Source: a virus (taxonomy: Duplodnaviria; Heunggongvirae; Uroviricota; Caudoviricetes). Taken from it: a stretch of 11,998 bases of DNA. This document shows positions 1 through 8,913 of this stretch, in pieces; the first letter of the stretch is position 1; every line of letters starts with the position of its first letter. The notes beneath the pieces were generated by a model. That model was not told the origin of the DNA, searched no databases, and saw nothing but the letters and a program-made list of their open reading frames with translations. Both the position numbers and the translations under genes were made by a program. The stretch lies in IMG/VR virus record IMGVR_UViG_2548876935_000016. One strand, written 5' to 3'.

Positions 1-258
1 ATGCAAACCGTTATTTTTGGTCGTTCGGGTTGCCCTTACTGTGTGCGTGCAAAAGATCTGGCTGAGAAATTGAGCAATGAACGCGATGATTTTCAGTATC
101 AGTATGTAGATATTCGTGAGGAAGGGATCACTAAAGAAGATCTACAACAAAAGGCAGGTAAACCCGTAGAAACCGTGCCGCAGATTTTTGTCGATCAGCA
201 ACATATCGGCGGCTATACCGATTTTGCTGCATGGGTGAAAGAAAATCTGGACGCCTGA
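1..258 (+). CDS. grxA: Glutaredoxin 1
   Basis: Complete 85-aa ORF starting at ATG position 1 and ending at TGA 256-258. Contains the CPYC redox motif (GRSGCPYCVRAK) and is near-identical to my recollection of E. coli GrxA. Confidence 0.95.
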   Translation: MQTVIFGRSGCPYCVRAKDLAEKLSNERDDFQYQYVDIREEGITKEDLQQKAGKPVETVPQIFVDQQHIGGYTDFAAWVKENLDA

Positions 259-267
259 TCGTCTGAC

Positions 268-300
268 AAGCCCTCGCGTTGAGGGCTTTACTGATTTTTT
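268..300 (+). terminator. Putative intrinsic terminator between convergent grxA and ybjM
   Basis: Inverted repeat aagccctc (268-275) / gagggctt (281-288) with 5-nt loop gcgtt, followed by tactgatttttt with a T6 run at 295-300. The T run is not immediately adjacent to the stem and the stem overlaps the ybjM 3' end, so this is tentative. Confidence 0.4.
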
Positions 301-665
301 CTGTGCTGTGGTTTAAACAAACTACTGATAAATAAGAAACACAGTGCCCCCAGCGCACACCAGAACACCGCGCTTAGTAACCATGCCAGCTCTTGCCAGA
401 ATGAGCGGGTCGGTGAAAAAAACAGCCGCATAATAAGCATTGAACAGGGTGCCGCCAGCATTGCGCCAAATAGAGGTTTCAGGACTTCTCTACTCTGTGA
501 AAAGAAACTGGCAACTGCTCCAGGAAGAATGAAAAACAGCAATCCGATTTCAGGATGCCCGGCAGCCCGAAAAGCGCCTTTCATGTGCGTCGCCAGAAAA
601 AGGCACACCACAATGAAGAGGACAAAACAGCAGATTGCCCCCGCCCAACGTTGTTTATGTTTCAC
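288..665 (-). CDS. ybjM: Inner membrane protein YbjM
   Basis: 125-aa hydrophobic ORF convergent with grxA. Length, sequence and synteny (between grxA and ybjL) match E. coli YbjM as I recall it. Confidence 0.88.
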   Translation of the reverse strand: MKHKQRWAGAICCFVLFIVVCLFLATHMKGAFRAAGHPEIGLLFFILPGAVASFFSQSREVLKPLFGAMLAAPCSMLIMRLFFSPTRSFWQELAWLLSAVFWCALGALCFLFISSLFKPQHRKNQ

Positions 666-934
666 TCGTTCCTCCTGACACTGCGTCTATCGAACACATT
701 TTTCGCCAGTGTGGCGTTCAGTAAGATAAAGCCGCTTCGCATTCCATGCTAATATAGGCCAACGCAATTCATATAGCCGTTGATACCTAATGTGATTACA
801 CTAGTAAAATATATTGTTACTTTACTATCGTTTAGGTGCGCTGAATGAATCTGCGCCCTGAATTCTGGTAAAAAACATTATCGTAAATTACCATTTCTTT
901 CAACAGCTTACTAGTAAACAAGAAGTTAGCCTCC

Positions 935-2620
935 GTGAATATAAACGTCGCCGAATTGTTAAATGGGAATTACATTCTGTTATTATTTGTGGTCCTCGCG
1001 CTTGGGCTATGTCTCGGAAAGTTACGACTTGGTTCGATCCAACTGGGTAATTCCATTGGCGTTTTGGTCGTATCACTGTTATTAGGCCAACAACATTTCA
1101 GCATTAACACCGACGCGCTTAATCTTGGCTTTATGCTGTTTATTTTCTGCGTCGGGGTCGAAGCCGGACCGAACTTTTTTTCCATTTTTTTTCGCGATGG
1201 GAAAAATTACCTAATGTTAGCACTGGTGATGGTTGGCAGTGCGCTGGTGATCGCCTTAGGGTTAGGTAAGCTGTTTGGCTGGGATATTGGCCTGACGGCC
1301 GGTATGTTAGCAGGCTCTATGACGTCGACACCGGTTCTGGTCGGTGCTGGCGATACACTGCGTCATTCCGGCATGGAAAGCAGGCAGCTCTCACTGGCAC
1401 TGGATAATCTGAGCCTCGGGTATGCCTTAACCTATTTAATCGGTCTGGTGAGTTTGATTGTTGGTGCGCGTTACTTGCCGAAATTGCAGCATCAGGACTT
1501 ACAGACCAGCGCCCAGCAAATCGCCCGCGAACGTGGCCTGGACACTGATGCCAACCGTAAGGTTTATTTACCGGTGATCCGCGCCTATCGCGTCGGCCCG
1601 GAGCTGGTGGCCTGGACCGACGGCAAAAATCTGCGTGAACTGGGTATTTATCGACAAACCGGCTGCTACATTGAACGTATTCGACGTAACGGGATTCTGG
1701 CAAATCCAGACGGTGATGCCGTGCTACAAATGGGCGATGAAATAGCGTTGGTAGGCTATCCCGACGCCCATGCCCGACTCGATCCCAGCTTCCGTAACGG
1801 TAAAGAAGTTTTCGATCGTGACCTTCTCGACATGCGTATCGTCACTGAAGAAGTGGTCGTTAAAAACCATAACGCTGTAGGTAAACGTCTCGCACAACTG
1901 AAGTTGACCGATCACGGTTGCTTCCTTAACCGCGTCATTCGTAGCCAGATTGAGATGCCGATAGATGACAACGTCGTGCTTAACAAAGGTGACGTTTTAC
2001 AAGTCAGCGGTGATGCCCGTCGCGTAAAAACCATCGCCGATCGCATCGGCTTTATCTCGATTCACAGCCAGGTCACTGACCTGCTGGCATTTTGCGCCTT
2101 CTTTGTTATTGGGCTGATGATCGGGATGATCACCTTCCAGTTCAGCACATTCAGTTTCGGCATGGGGAACGCTGCCGGGTTGTTATTCGCCGGAATTATG
2201 CTGGGCTTTATGCGTGCTAACCACCCGACCTTCGGTTACATTCCGCAAGGTGCATTAAGCATGGTGAAAGAGTTCGGCTTGATGGTGTTTATGGCAGGCG
2301 TTGGTCTGAGCGCCGGTAGCGGTATTAATAACGGCCTGGGCGCGATTGGCGGTCAGATGTTGATTGCCGGATTAATTGTCAGTCTTGTGCCCGTGGTTAT
2401 CTGTTTCTTGTTCGGTGCTTATGTATTGCGAATGAACCGCGCACTGTTGTTCGGCGCAATGATGGGCGCACGCACCTGCGCGCCGGCAATGGAGATCATC
2501 AGTGATACAGCTCGCAGTAACATCCCTGCGCTGGGCTATGCGGGCACCTACGCAATCGCCAACGTCCTGCTGACGCTGGCAGGGACAATCATCGTCATGG
2601 TATGGCCAGGATTAGGATAA
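935..2620 (+). CDS. ybjL: Putative transporter YbjL (AAE / aspartate:alanine exchanger family, two membrane domains with central cytoplasmic domain)
   Basis: 561-aa ORF with hydrophobic N- and C-terminal halves around a soluble central region. Starts at GTG 935 ([16 protein letters not shown]...). Matches E. coli YbjL in length and sequence from memory, and in synteny. Confidence 0.93.
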
Positions 2621-2732
2621 AACTGAAGTTGCCCTGAAAATGAAATTTTTTTGCACAACCGCAGAACTTTTCCGCAGGGCATCAGTCTTAATTAGTGCCA
2701 CTGCTTTTCTTTGATGTCCCCATTTTGTGGAG

Positions 2733-2775
2733 CCCATCAACCCCGCCATTTCGGTTCAAGGTTGATGGGTTTTTT
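2733..2775 (+). terminator. Rho-independent terminator-like hairpin downstream of ybjL
   Basis: Perfect 10-bp inverted repeat cccatcaacc (2733-2742) / ggttgatggg (2760-2769) with a 17-nt loop, immediately followed by tttttt (2770-2775). Confidence 0.6.
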
Positions 2776-2855
2776 GTTGTCTGAAATTTATGCCTTTTAA
2801 AATCATGATGTTAGAAGCACTGCTTTTTAACGATGGCGACAAAATGGCGGCAGCG

Positions 2856-3074
2856 TCAAAGAGAGAGCGCCACCTGTCCTGATTTCATTGGATGCGGCTG
2901 AACCGGATTTGACTCTTTTGGCGTTGCAATCGAACGAACAAAAGTTTCATGGGTAACAAAAGTATGGCTGCAGTTAATGTTCTGGCACTGGTTGTAACGC
3001 TCTTTGGTCAATGAAGATACCTGAAAACTGCTGCGAGTATGGGCGGCACTTCCACACAGTGGGCAAATCATCAT
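2856..3074 (-). CDS. ogr: Ogr-family zinc-finger late-gene transcriptional activator
   Basis: 72-aa product MMICPLCGSAAHTRSS...KERYNQCQNINCSHTF with the CxxC...CxxxxC zinc-finger arrangement characteristic of P2 Ogr / P4 Delta. The track ORF starts at 3107, but a GGGGAGA Shine-Dalgarno sits 8 nt upstream of the ATG at 3074, which gives the 72-aa length I recall for P2 Ogr. Position immediately after D at the prophage end matches P2 gene order. Confidence 0.85.
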   Translation of the reverse strand: MMICPLCGSAAHTRSSFQVSSLTKERYNQCQNINCSHTFVTHETFVRSIATPKESNPVQPHPMKSGQVALSL

Positions 3075-3164
3075 TTTTCGAGTTCTCCCCATTTTTGCTA
3101 AATTCACAATAATGATACCGCATTATTCCATTTTGCAAACTTAAAAGTTCTCCATTGCGAAGAA

Positions 3165-4265
3165 TCATTCCATTTCGAAATCATCAATCCTCACTTCAAG
3201 CTCCAGACTGGTTGTAAAACCGTTATCCGGGCTGACGGTATGTGTCAGAGTCGTAATGGTCCATTCCGCATCATCTATCGGCTGTTTAAAACCACTGACC
3301 TTCACAGGCATTTCCGTGTAGAGATCTGCCCGCCCTTCCGCCAGTTGTAGCGAGAATGACGCAACGCCACGTTGCAGGCGTTCCCACTGCATTTTCGCTG
3401 CCCGTTCAGCGTTGCTCCGGTTGGCATAAGTGCGATTAAGTACCAGCACGTTTTCATCCGTCCCCACCAGGTAATCGCCCTGCTTCGCTTCCGGCTCTTT
3501 CTTCTGCTTCTTAGTCCTGCGCTTACGCTTCACCGTAGTGCTTTCTTTCTTCGCGGGTTCGCGGGTATGCAACCAGCTGGCAATTACCCCCGTGTAAGCT
3601 CCGCGATCTGCCAGGGTAAAGCGGTGACTGTCGCCGTCCTTACGTGTGATAGTAATCACCGGCAGTGGTTTACCGCTGGCGCTTTTGCCCTGTCCCTGCC
3701 GGATGAATAACAGATTGCCATTTTTCACCGATGCAATGGCACCGTACTGGCGCGCCAGCCGCATCAAAAAACTGCCGTCACTCTCATTAGTCTGGTCTAT
3801 ATGCTCCACGGGCTTATCCGACAGGTCTTTACCCAGTGCCATCTTCAGCTTGTGCCGCGCGGCTATTTCCTTCACCACTTCCCCGATGGTGGTGTTATGC
3901 CACGATTTTTCACGGCGGGTATTCAGCGTTTCCCGAAAATCAGCACTTCGCGCCCGGATAGTCAGGCGGTCCGGTGCGCCAGTGTGTTCAATCTCGTCTA
4001 CCGTGAATGCCCCTTTCGGGAAAAGCGGCTGCCCCTTCCAGCCCAGCGCCAGCGTAATGACCGCACCACGGCGCGGCAGCACGATTTTTCCGTCGGCGTC
4101 GTCCAGCTCCAGATCAAGCTGGTCCGCTTCAAAGCCCCGATTGTCCGTCAGCGTCAGACTCATCAGGCGGTTATCCAGCACAGTGGTGATATCCTTCCCC
4201 TCAATACTGATGCTGAATGCGGGAGTTTTGTTTCCTTTGTTAAGCAGTTCAGAGCTGAAATTCAC
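3165..4265 (-). CDS. D: Tail protein D (late control gene D family)
   Basis: 366-aa ORF with gpD-like motifs (LTLTDNRGFEADQLDLELDD...). Apparent GTG start at 4265 overlaps the U stop (GTGA), suggesting translational coupling. Position between U and ogr matches P2. Confidence 0.9.
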   Translation of the reverse strand: MNFSSELLNKGNKTPAFSISIEGKDITTVLDNRLMSLTLTDNRGFEADQLDLELDDADGKIVLPRRGAVITLALGWKGQPLFPKGAFTVDEIEHTGAPDRLTIRARSADFRETLNTRREKSWHNTTIGEVVKEIAARHKLKMALGKDLSDKPVEHIDQTNESDGSFLMRLARQYGAIASVKNGNLLFIRQGQGKSASGKPLPVITITRKDGDSHRFTLADRGAYTGVIASWLHTREPAKKESTTVKRKRRTKKQKKEPEAKQGDYLVGTDENVLVLNRTYANRSNAERAAKMQWERLQRGVASFSLQLAEGRADLYTEMPVKVSGFKQPIDDAEWTITTLTHTVSPDNGFTTSLELEVRIDDFEME

Positions 4266-4747
4266 GACAGCAGCCCTCCCACCGTTTTACTGATATCGCT
4301 TAAGGCAGACGTTGCCGTGTCCTGCAGATTATTCAGTTGAGTACTGAGATCACCGAACATATCGGACAGGGATTCATCCACCCGTTTTAGCGAAAGGGTG
4401 AACTCAATCCTGCGCGGCATACCGTCGCGGAAAAACTCCGTTTTAGTCTGATTCAGTCCCTCAATCACATACATGCCGTAAATCGTGCCGCTGCCTTCAA
4501 TCAGGGGCCATGCTTTCCCCTGTTCTGCCATCTGCTCCAGTGCCAGCAACGACAGCCTGCCGCCTGTTATCTCCGGCATAAGAACACCGGAAAGCGTCAG
4601 CATGTCGTTTTCCGGTCCCAGAAACTGCGTGGACGGACGACGGTTTACCCGGCTGTTTGCCGCATGTCGCCAGCTGCGTTGATACTGCAGTTCCTGATAC
4701 GGAACGGTGCGCAGCATAAACACGTACAATCCCAGCACCATCATCAT
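4262..4747 (-). CDS. U: Tail protein U (tail terminator-like)
   Basis: 161-aa ORF beginning MMMVLGLYVF... Its ATG overlaps the T stop codon (ATGA at 4744-4747). Size and order match P2 gpU. Confidence 0.9.
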   Translation of the reverse strand: MMMVLGLYVFMLRTVPYQELQYQRSWRHAANSRVNRRPSTQFLGPENDMLTLSGVLMPEITGGRLSLLALEQMAEQGKAWPLIEGSGTIYGMYVIEGLNQTKTEFFRDGMPRRIEFTLSLKRVDESLSDMFGDLSTQLNNLQDTATSALSDISKTVGGLLS

Positions 4748-7700
4748 GCGTCGTATCCCCCCTGATCGCTGTAGTTACTCCTGGCTTTTGCCTTCAGCCT
4801 GCGTTCACGTTCATCAAGCTGGCGTGCCACCTCCCGCGCAATATCCTGCGCACTTTGTCCTGGCTGCGTCTGAATGATGATCTGCGTCGGTGCCTCAATC
4901 CGTTGAACGAGCGGCACAGTGGCTGCGCGACTCACAATTGCTTCTCCACCTTTCGCGGGAAGTGCCAAAGGGTGCAACGGTGGAAGCTCTGCTGGCGCGG
5001 CAGCAACGCCCATCATTCCGGCAACAACGGCAGCCAGTGCAGCTGTATTTCTCCGGCTGGTCACATTTGCCGGGCCGTTAACAATTTCCGGCCCGTTTTC
5101 ACCGACGATGCCAAACTGCCCGCGCGGGATATAGCCGCCGCTGTCATACATCCCCGCAAAGCCATATCCCCATGACGGAAAACCACCCGATGGCATCATC
5201 ACTTTACCGTCTGCATTCACCGTCGCAGGTTGCTGACGCGTCACGCTTTCCGGCAGTTTCGCCTTTGCAGCCTCTTTACTGACAATGCCGAGTTTATCCA
5301 GCAACCACGACACACCTGATTTAAGCGACTCAAGCGGGTGCATCACCATATTCAGACCTTCTGCCAGCGCCTCACCAAATCTACGGCCCATTGCAGCTGC
5401 GCTGTTCAGTTCCTCAGAAGTCGATTTAACTGGCGAAAGTAAATCAGTGAACCAGCCCCACAATGCCTGCACCTTGTCGCCAATCCACTGGAAAACCGGC
5501 CGCAGTGGTTCAAATGCAGCACTGATCGGGCCAGCAGCCGCTTTAAAGCCTTCAACCACACCACCCAGAAAAGCGCTGATGGGCTGCCAGTATTTCCAGA
5601 CAACCAGCGCCACGCCTGCCAGTGCAGCCACAACCAGACCTATCGGACTGAGCAATACCCCAAGCACGCTGCCAACGCCCACCAGAGCTGCACGCAACAA
5701 CGCAAACGGTGACATGACGAGCCATCTAATCACACCCCCAGCCCCCCTTACCGAAGTAACCAACGGTGCAAAGGCAGCACTTGCCAGCCCGCGAATTTTC
5801 GTACCAAGCAGGCGGACCGCTTCGCCGGGGTTAAGAAAAGAAGACACCAGAGTTTCACCCGCCTGCCGGGCATGTTCTTTGATTTTATCCAGCGCCCCGT
5901 CGCGGAACGCATCCAGGATACCGCCACCGTCATCATCCCCGCCGCCGCTGAGTGCCTCTCGGATACGACTTATCCAGTTAACTGTCTCGCCCGCTTCATT
6001 TCCCGAAAACAGCCCGAATAGTTTTTTCAGTGCATCGCCGGACTGGAACAAACCGGGTGCAAATGAAGTGAACGCCTGGCCCAGGCGCCCCAGCAACGGA
6101 CTGAGCCTGCCAAGACCGGTGAGTGCCAGCGTTTTCATTCCAAAACGCAGCAGGGCGAGCGGCCCCAGAATGGCCGCCATCGCAATCGCCAGGGTGCCCA
6201 GCGCAAGCGTAACCGAAGCCACCACAGCGGCAATCTTCATCAACCGGCCCGCCAGTTCCGGATTAGCTTCCACCCAGCGGCGCATTACTCCCGTCACGCG
6301 CCTTACCGCTTCCATGATTTCCATCAGCGGAGCACGCAGCGTTTCACCCAGGCTGCTGAACGTATTGGTAACCCCGGTTTTCACCAGCAACCACTGAGCA
6401 GAAAGTGAGTCTTTGTTGATGTCGGATTCTTTCTGCATGGAACCGAGCGCATCATTGCCCGCTGTCAGTTTTAGCTGGCGCTGCAGTTCCGGAAGGTTGT
6501 TTGCCAGTTTCGCCGCGTCATCACCAAACTCTTTACCAAACAACATGGTCATGGCAGACAGACGCTTGTCCTGCGGCAGTGCGTTCACCTTCTCCAGCAC
6601 ACGCTGGATAGTTCCCATCGCATCCTTCGTCATCTGCTTTTCAATCACTTCAGGATTGAGTTTCAGCAGATTCATCCCTTCAAAGAAACTCTTGCTTTGC
6701 ATGGTGGCAATGGATAATTCACGCACCATCGCGTTTGCTGCACTGGCTGCAACCTCCGGCGCAGCGCCCAGTGTCAGAAAGGTGGAACCCAGTGCCGCCG
6801 CTTTACGATAATCCAGACGGTCAGCCACACCGCCCAGACGTTGCATCACATCAATGATGTCCGCCCCTTTCGACATGGCGTTATCATCCAGATAGTTCAG
6901 CGCATCGCCGAGCTGTTCAATATTGCGGGTAGGTATTTTGTAGAGCTGGGCGATTTTCCCCAGACTTTCTGACAGTTCATCCGCTGGCAGCTCAAAGGCT
7001 GTTGCCGCCTTTGCTGCCGTACTGGCGAAGGCCAGCAGGTCACGTTTCTGGTCTTCCCAGCTGTCGTCAGGGTTTGCGACGTTCATGCGCGCACCACCTT
7101 CAACCAGTGCAGCGAAATCCACCGCACCGTTTTCCATCGGCAACTGTTCGCTGGCAGCCTTGATGGCATCCTGCATTTCATAAAAACGTGCAGTGCGGTT
7201 GCCATTATCGTCACGCAGACCATTGACCTGCTTTGCCACACCTTTCATGGCATCTTCCATGCTGGTATAGCTTTTTACTGCCGCCATCACTGGTGCGCCC
7301 ATTGCCAGCCCTGCAGCCGTGGTGGTGGCTCCGGCACCTGCAATCCGATCCCTTACTTCAAGACGCCTGGCGTAAGCCCCTCGGGCGGCGTGCATTTTTC
7401 GCTGTTGCTCCCCGACACGTCGTAACCTCGCTTCCTGCTCAGAAAGCTGCCTGTTATAACGCATCGTTTCACGGGTAATGCGGGCCGTCGCACTGGCACC
7501 ATCATTAGCTGAAATACCAGCACGATAAAGTTCTGCACGCACAAGCGCCGTCTGCTGCTGCAGCTTTTTCTGGCGTTCTTCCAGGCGCTGAACAGCCAGC
7601 CGTTGACGGCCCAGAGCAACAACCTGACGTTGCGAAGGCGGCCCCATCGCTCCCAGTTCCTGACTGAGCAAATTTGCACGCTGGCGGGCATAGCTCAGCC

Positions 7701-7917
7701 TGTCGCCTAATTTCTGATTTTCTGCCTGCAGCTTTCGGAAGCTGTCCAGACTGCTCCCGGCCTGATCAAGCTGCTTTATTGCATCGCGGGATTTTTTGAC
7801 AGCAGCAGCCAGTTCTCTTGAACTGGCCTGCGCAGATCGAAATGGGCGGGTGAGCTTGTCAACCGCATTAAGAATGACCTGCAGACGCAGGTTATTGTCA
7901 CTCATGGCTGGCCCCAC
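4744..7917 (-). CDS. T: Tail tape measure protein
   Basis: 1057-aa ORF with an N-terminal coiled-coil-like charged region, Gly/Ala-rich hydrophobic central segments and a C-terminal region, typical of tape measure proteins, in the expected position between E/E' and U. The track start at 7917 is GTG; an in-frame ATG at 7905 overlaps the predicted E' stop and is an equally plausible true start. Confidence 0.9.
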   Translation of the reverse strand: MGPAMSDNNLRLQVILNAVDKLTRPFRSAQASSRELAAAVKKSRDAIKQLDQAGSSLDSFRKLQAENQKLGDRLSYARQRANLLSQELGAMGPPSQRQVVALGRQRLAVQRLEERQKKLQQQTALVRAELYRAGISANDGASATARITRETMRYNRQLSEQEARLRRVGEQQRKMHAARGAYARRLEVRDRIAGAGATTTAAGLAMGAPVMAAVKSYTSMEDAMKGVAKQVNGLRDDNGNRTARFYEMQDAIKAASEQLPMENGAVDFAALVEGGARMNVANPDDSWEDQKRDLLAFASTAAKAATAFELPADELSESLGKIAQLYKIPTRNIEQLGDALNYLDDNAMSKGADIIDVMQRLGGVADRLDYRKAAALGSTFLTLGAAPEVAASAANAMVRELSIATMQSKSFFEGMNLLKLNPEVIEKQMTKDAMGTIQRVLEKVNALPQDKRLSAMTMLFGKEFGDDAAKLANNLPELQRQLKLTAGNDALGSMQKESDINKDSLSAQWLLVKTGVTNTFSSLGETLRAPLMEIMEAVRRVTGVMRRWVEANPELAGRLMKIAAVVASVTLALGTLAIAMAAILGPLALLRFGMKTLALTGLGRLSPLLGRLGQAFTSFAPGLFQSGDALKKLFGLFSGNEAGETVNWISRIREALSGGGDDDGGGILDAFRDGALDKIKEHARQAGETLVSSFLNPGEAVRLLGTKIRGLASAAFAPLVTSVRGAGGVIRWLVMSPFALLRAALVGVGSVLGVLLSPIGLVVAALAGVALVVWKYWQPISAFLGGVVEGFKAAAGPISAAFEPLRPVFQWIGDKVQALWGWFTDLLSPVKSTSEELNSAAAMGRRFGEALAEGLNMVMHPLESLKSGVSWLLDKLGIVSKEAAKAKLPESVTRQQPATVNADGKVMMPSGGFPSWGYGFAGMYDSGGYIPRGQFGIVGENGPEIVNGPANVTSRRNTAALAAVVAGMMGVAAAPAELPPLHPLALPAKGGEAIVSRAATVPLVQRIEAPTQIIIQTQPGQSAQDIAREVARQLDERERRLKAKARSNYSDQGGYDA

Positions 7918-8334
7918 TTCTCTGAATCGCTTTATACCGCCATTCCAGCACTTCGGTCAGCGGCATAACGTCAGTAACGGATGGCGGCCAGTGAAAAATG
8001 GTGGCGATATCTGCCACCAGATCGTCAACCGTCAGGCTGTCGGTAAACCGGCAAGCACCGACTTCTTCAACAAAAAAGTGACAACCTCAACCGACATGGT
8101 TGTGAGATCTGCCGGGTCCATCTCTGCGATTTCCTGTGCAGTCAGTGCCGGACTGGAGATGCGGGGGATCACGGTCATCATCGCGTTCACATCCATATCC
8201 ATAATGGCCTGCAGGCGTGTGCCGCGCAGCGCACCGGACTGCGGTTTACGCAACACAATTTCGGTAATTTCTGTTTTACCGCGCATGATGGGGGTATCCA
8301 GTTGAATGGTCTTTTCAGTCTGTTTATCGCTCAT
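7898..8334 (-). CDS. E': Tail assembly chaperone E+E' (product of programmed -1 ribosomal frameshift)
   Basis: Hand translation: after a -1 slip on T TTT TTG (plus-strand 8071-8077, read on the minus strand) the -1 frame stays open for 57 codons (VEEVGACRFTDSLTVDDLVADIATIFHWPPSVTDVMPLTEVLEWRYKAIQRSGASHE) and stops at TGA 7900-7898, overlapping the T ATG at 7905. Predicted about 145 aa, close to the roughly 142 aa I recall for P2 E+E'. Confidence 0.6.
8032..8334 (-). CDS. E: Tail assembly chaperone E
   Basis: 100-aa ORF directly upstream of T and downstream of FII. Carries a TTTTTTG slippery heptamer 13 codons before its stop, as expected for the E/E' pair. Confidence 0.85.
   Translation of the reverse strand: MSDKQTEKTIQLDTPIMRGKTEITEIVLRKPQSGALRGTRLQAIMDMDVNAMMTVIPRISSPALTAQEIAEMDPADLTTMSVEVVTFLLKKSVLAGLPTA
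8071..8077 (-). other. Slippery heptamer T TTT TTG for the E/E' -1 frameshift
   Basis: Minus-strand sequence gtc ACT TTT TTG ttg in the E frame; heptamer of X XXY YYZ form located 13 codons before the E stop. Confidence 0.6.
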
Positions 8335-8388
8335 TTTGTTGTCCTGTCAATTGGGTTCTGGCGCGGTATCCCGCGCCGTTCAGATATA

Positions 8389-8904
8389 TCAGAGGCCGAG
8401 GGCGTTGCGGTGCGCTTCCATCAGGTCCACACCGTCCACAATTTCCACCATGTTGATAAGGTCCACTTCATAGAGCACCTCACCATTGATGGTCAGCTTC
8501 GCGTAGCTGTTGGTACTGGTCACTTTGGTGGTGTTGCTTTCGCCCGTCTTCCACTCGCCGGAATCCACTTCTTTGTGACGTCCACGCACGACAAGCTCCA
8601 CGGCCTGCACTTCCCCGGTATCGTCACGCTGGATAGAGCCGGTAAAGCGCAGCTGGATGCCATCCACCGTGGATTTGCCCATCTGCTTAAACAGCAGCAG
8701 TTCAGTACCACCAATGGAAAATTCTGTATCCAGTGCACTGTCATCCAGTCCCAGATCCACATCCACTGCACCCGGCATTCCGCCGCCGCGATACTTCTCA
8801 TATTTGCGGGTAAATTTCGGCAGCGTCAGCGACTCAACGATCCCCTGCCAGTTGTTCCCGTCGTTAAACAGGTTCAGGTGTTTTAATTTGCGTGGTAAAG
8901 CCAT
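8389..8904 (-). CDS. FII: Major tail tube protein
   Basis: 171-aa ORF immediately downstream of the sheath gene; size and order match P2 FII. Confidence 0.9.
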   Translation of the reverse strand: MALPRKLKHLNLFNDGNNWQGIVESLTLPKFTRKYEKYRGGGMPGAVDVDLGLDDSALDTEFSIGGTELLLFKQMGKSTVDGIQLRFTGSIQRDDTGEVQAVELVVRGRHKEVDSGEWKTGESNTTKVTSTNSYAKLTINGEVLYEVDLINMVEIVDGVDLMEAHRNALGL

Positions 8905-8913
8905 GTTGTCCCC

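Noticed and set aside
555-752. 65-aa plus-strand ORF overlapping the 5' end of ybjM
   Set aside because: Overlaps ybjM on the opposite strand and the divergent ybjM/ybjL promoter region; no sign of a real gene.
2733-2775. Possible tRNA 3' fragment at the prophage junction (GGTTCAAGG resembles a T-loop)
   Set aside because: The integrases of many P2-like and 186-like phages target tRNA genes, so I looked for one. No acceptor stem, anticodon arm or CCA context can be built around it; the sequence is better explained as a 10-bp-stem terminator with a T-tract.
2790-2882. 30-codon small ORF (MPFKIMMLEALLFNDGDKMAAASKRERHLS) in the junction region
   Set aside because: No ribosome-binding site, overlaps the 3' end of ogr on the opposite strand, and is too short to assess by eye; likely chance.
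2974-3168. 64-aa minus-strand ORF overlapping ogr in another frame, and the N-terminally extended 83-aa version of ogr starting at 3107
   Set aside because: The Shine-Dalgarno GGGGAGA is positioned for the ATG at 3074, and the 72-aa product matches the Ogr family length; the alternatives are frame or start artefacts.
3646-4340. 215-aa and 179-aa plus-strand ORFs antisense to tail gene D
   Set aside because: Same reasoning: overlap with a well-supported gene and compositionally biased translations; no independent support.
5285-6397. 370-aa ORF on the plus strand, plus several others (4855-5175, 6413-6811, 7233-7478), lying antisense inside the tape measure gene
   Set aside because: They fully overlap a confidently assigned gene, have low-complexity Ser/Pro/Ala/Arg-rich translations typical of the reverse strand of GC-rich coding DNA, and lack recognisable domains or ribosome-binding sites.
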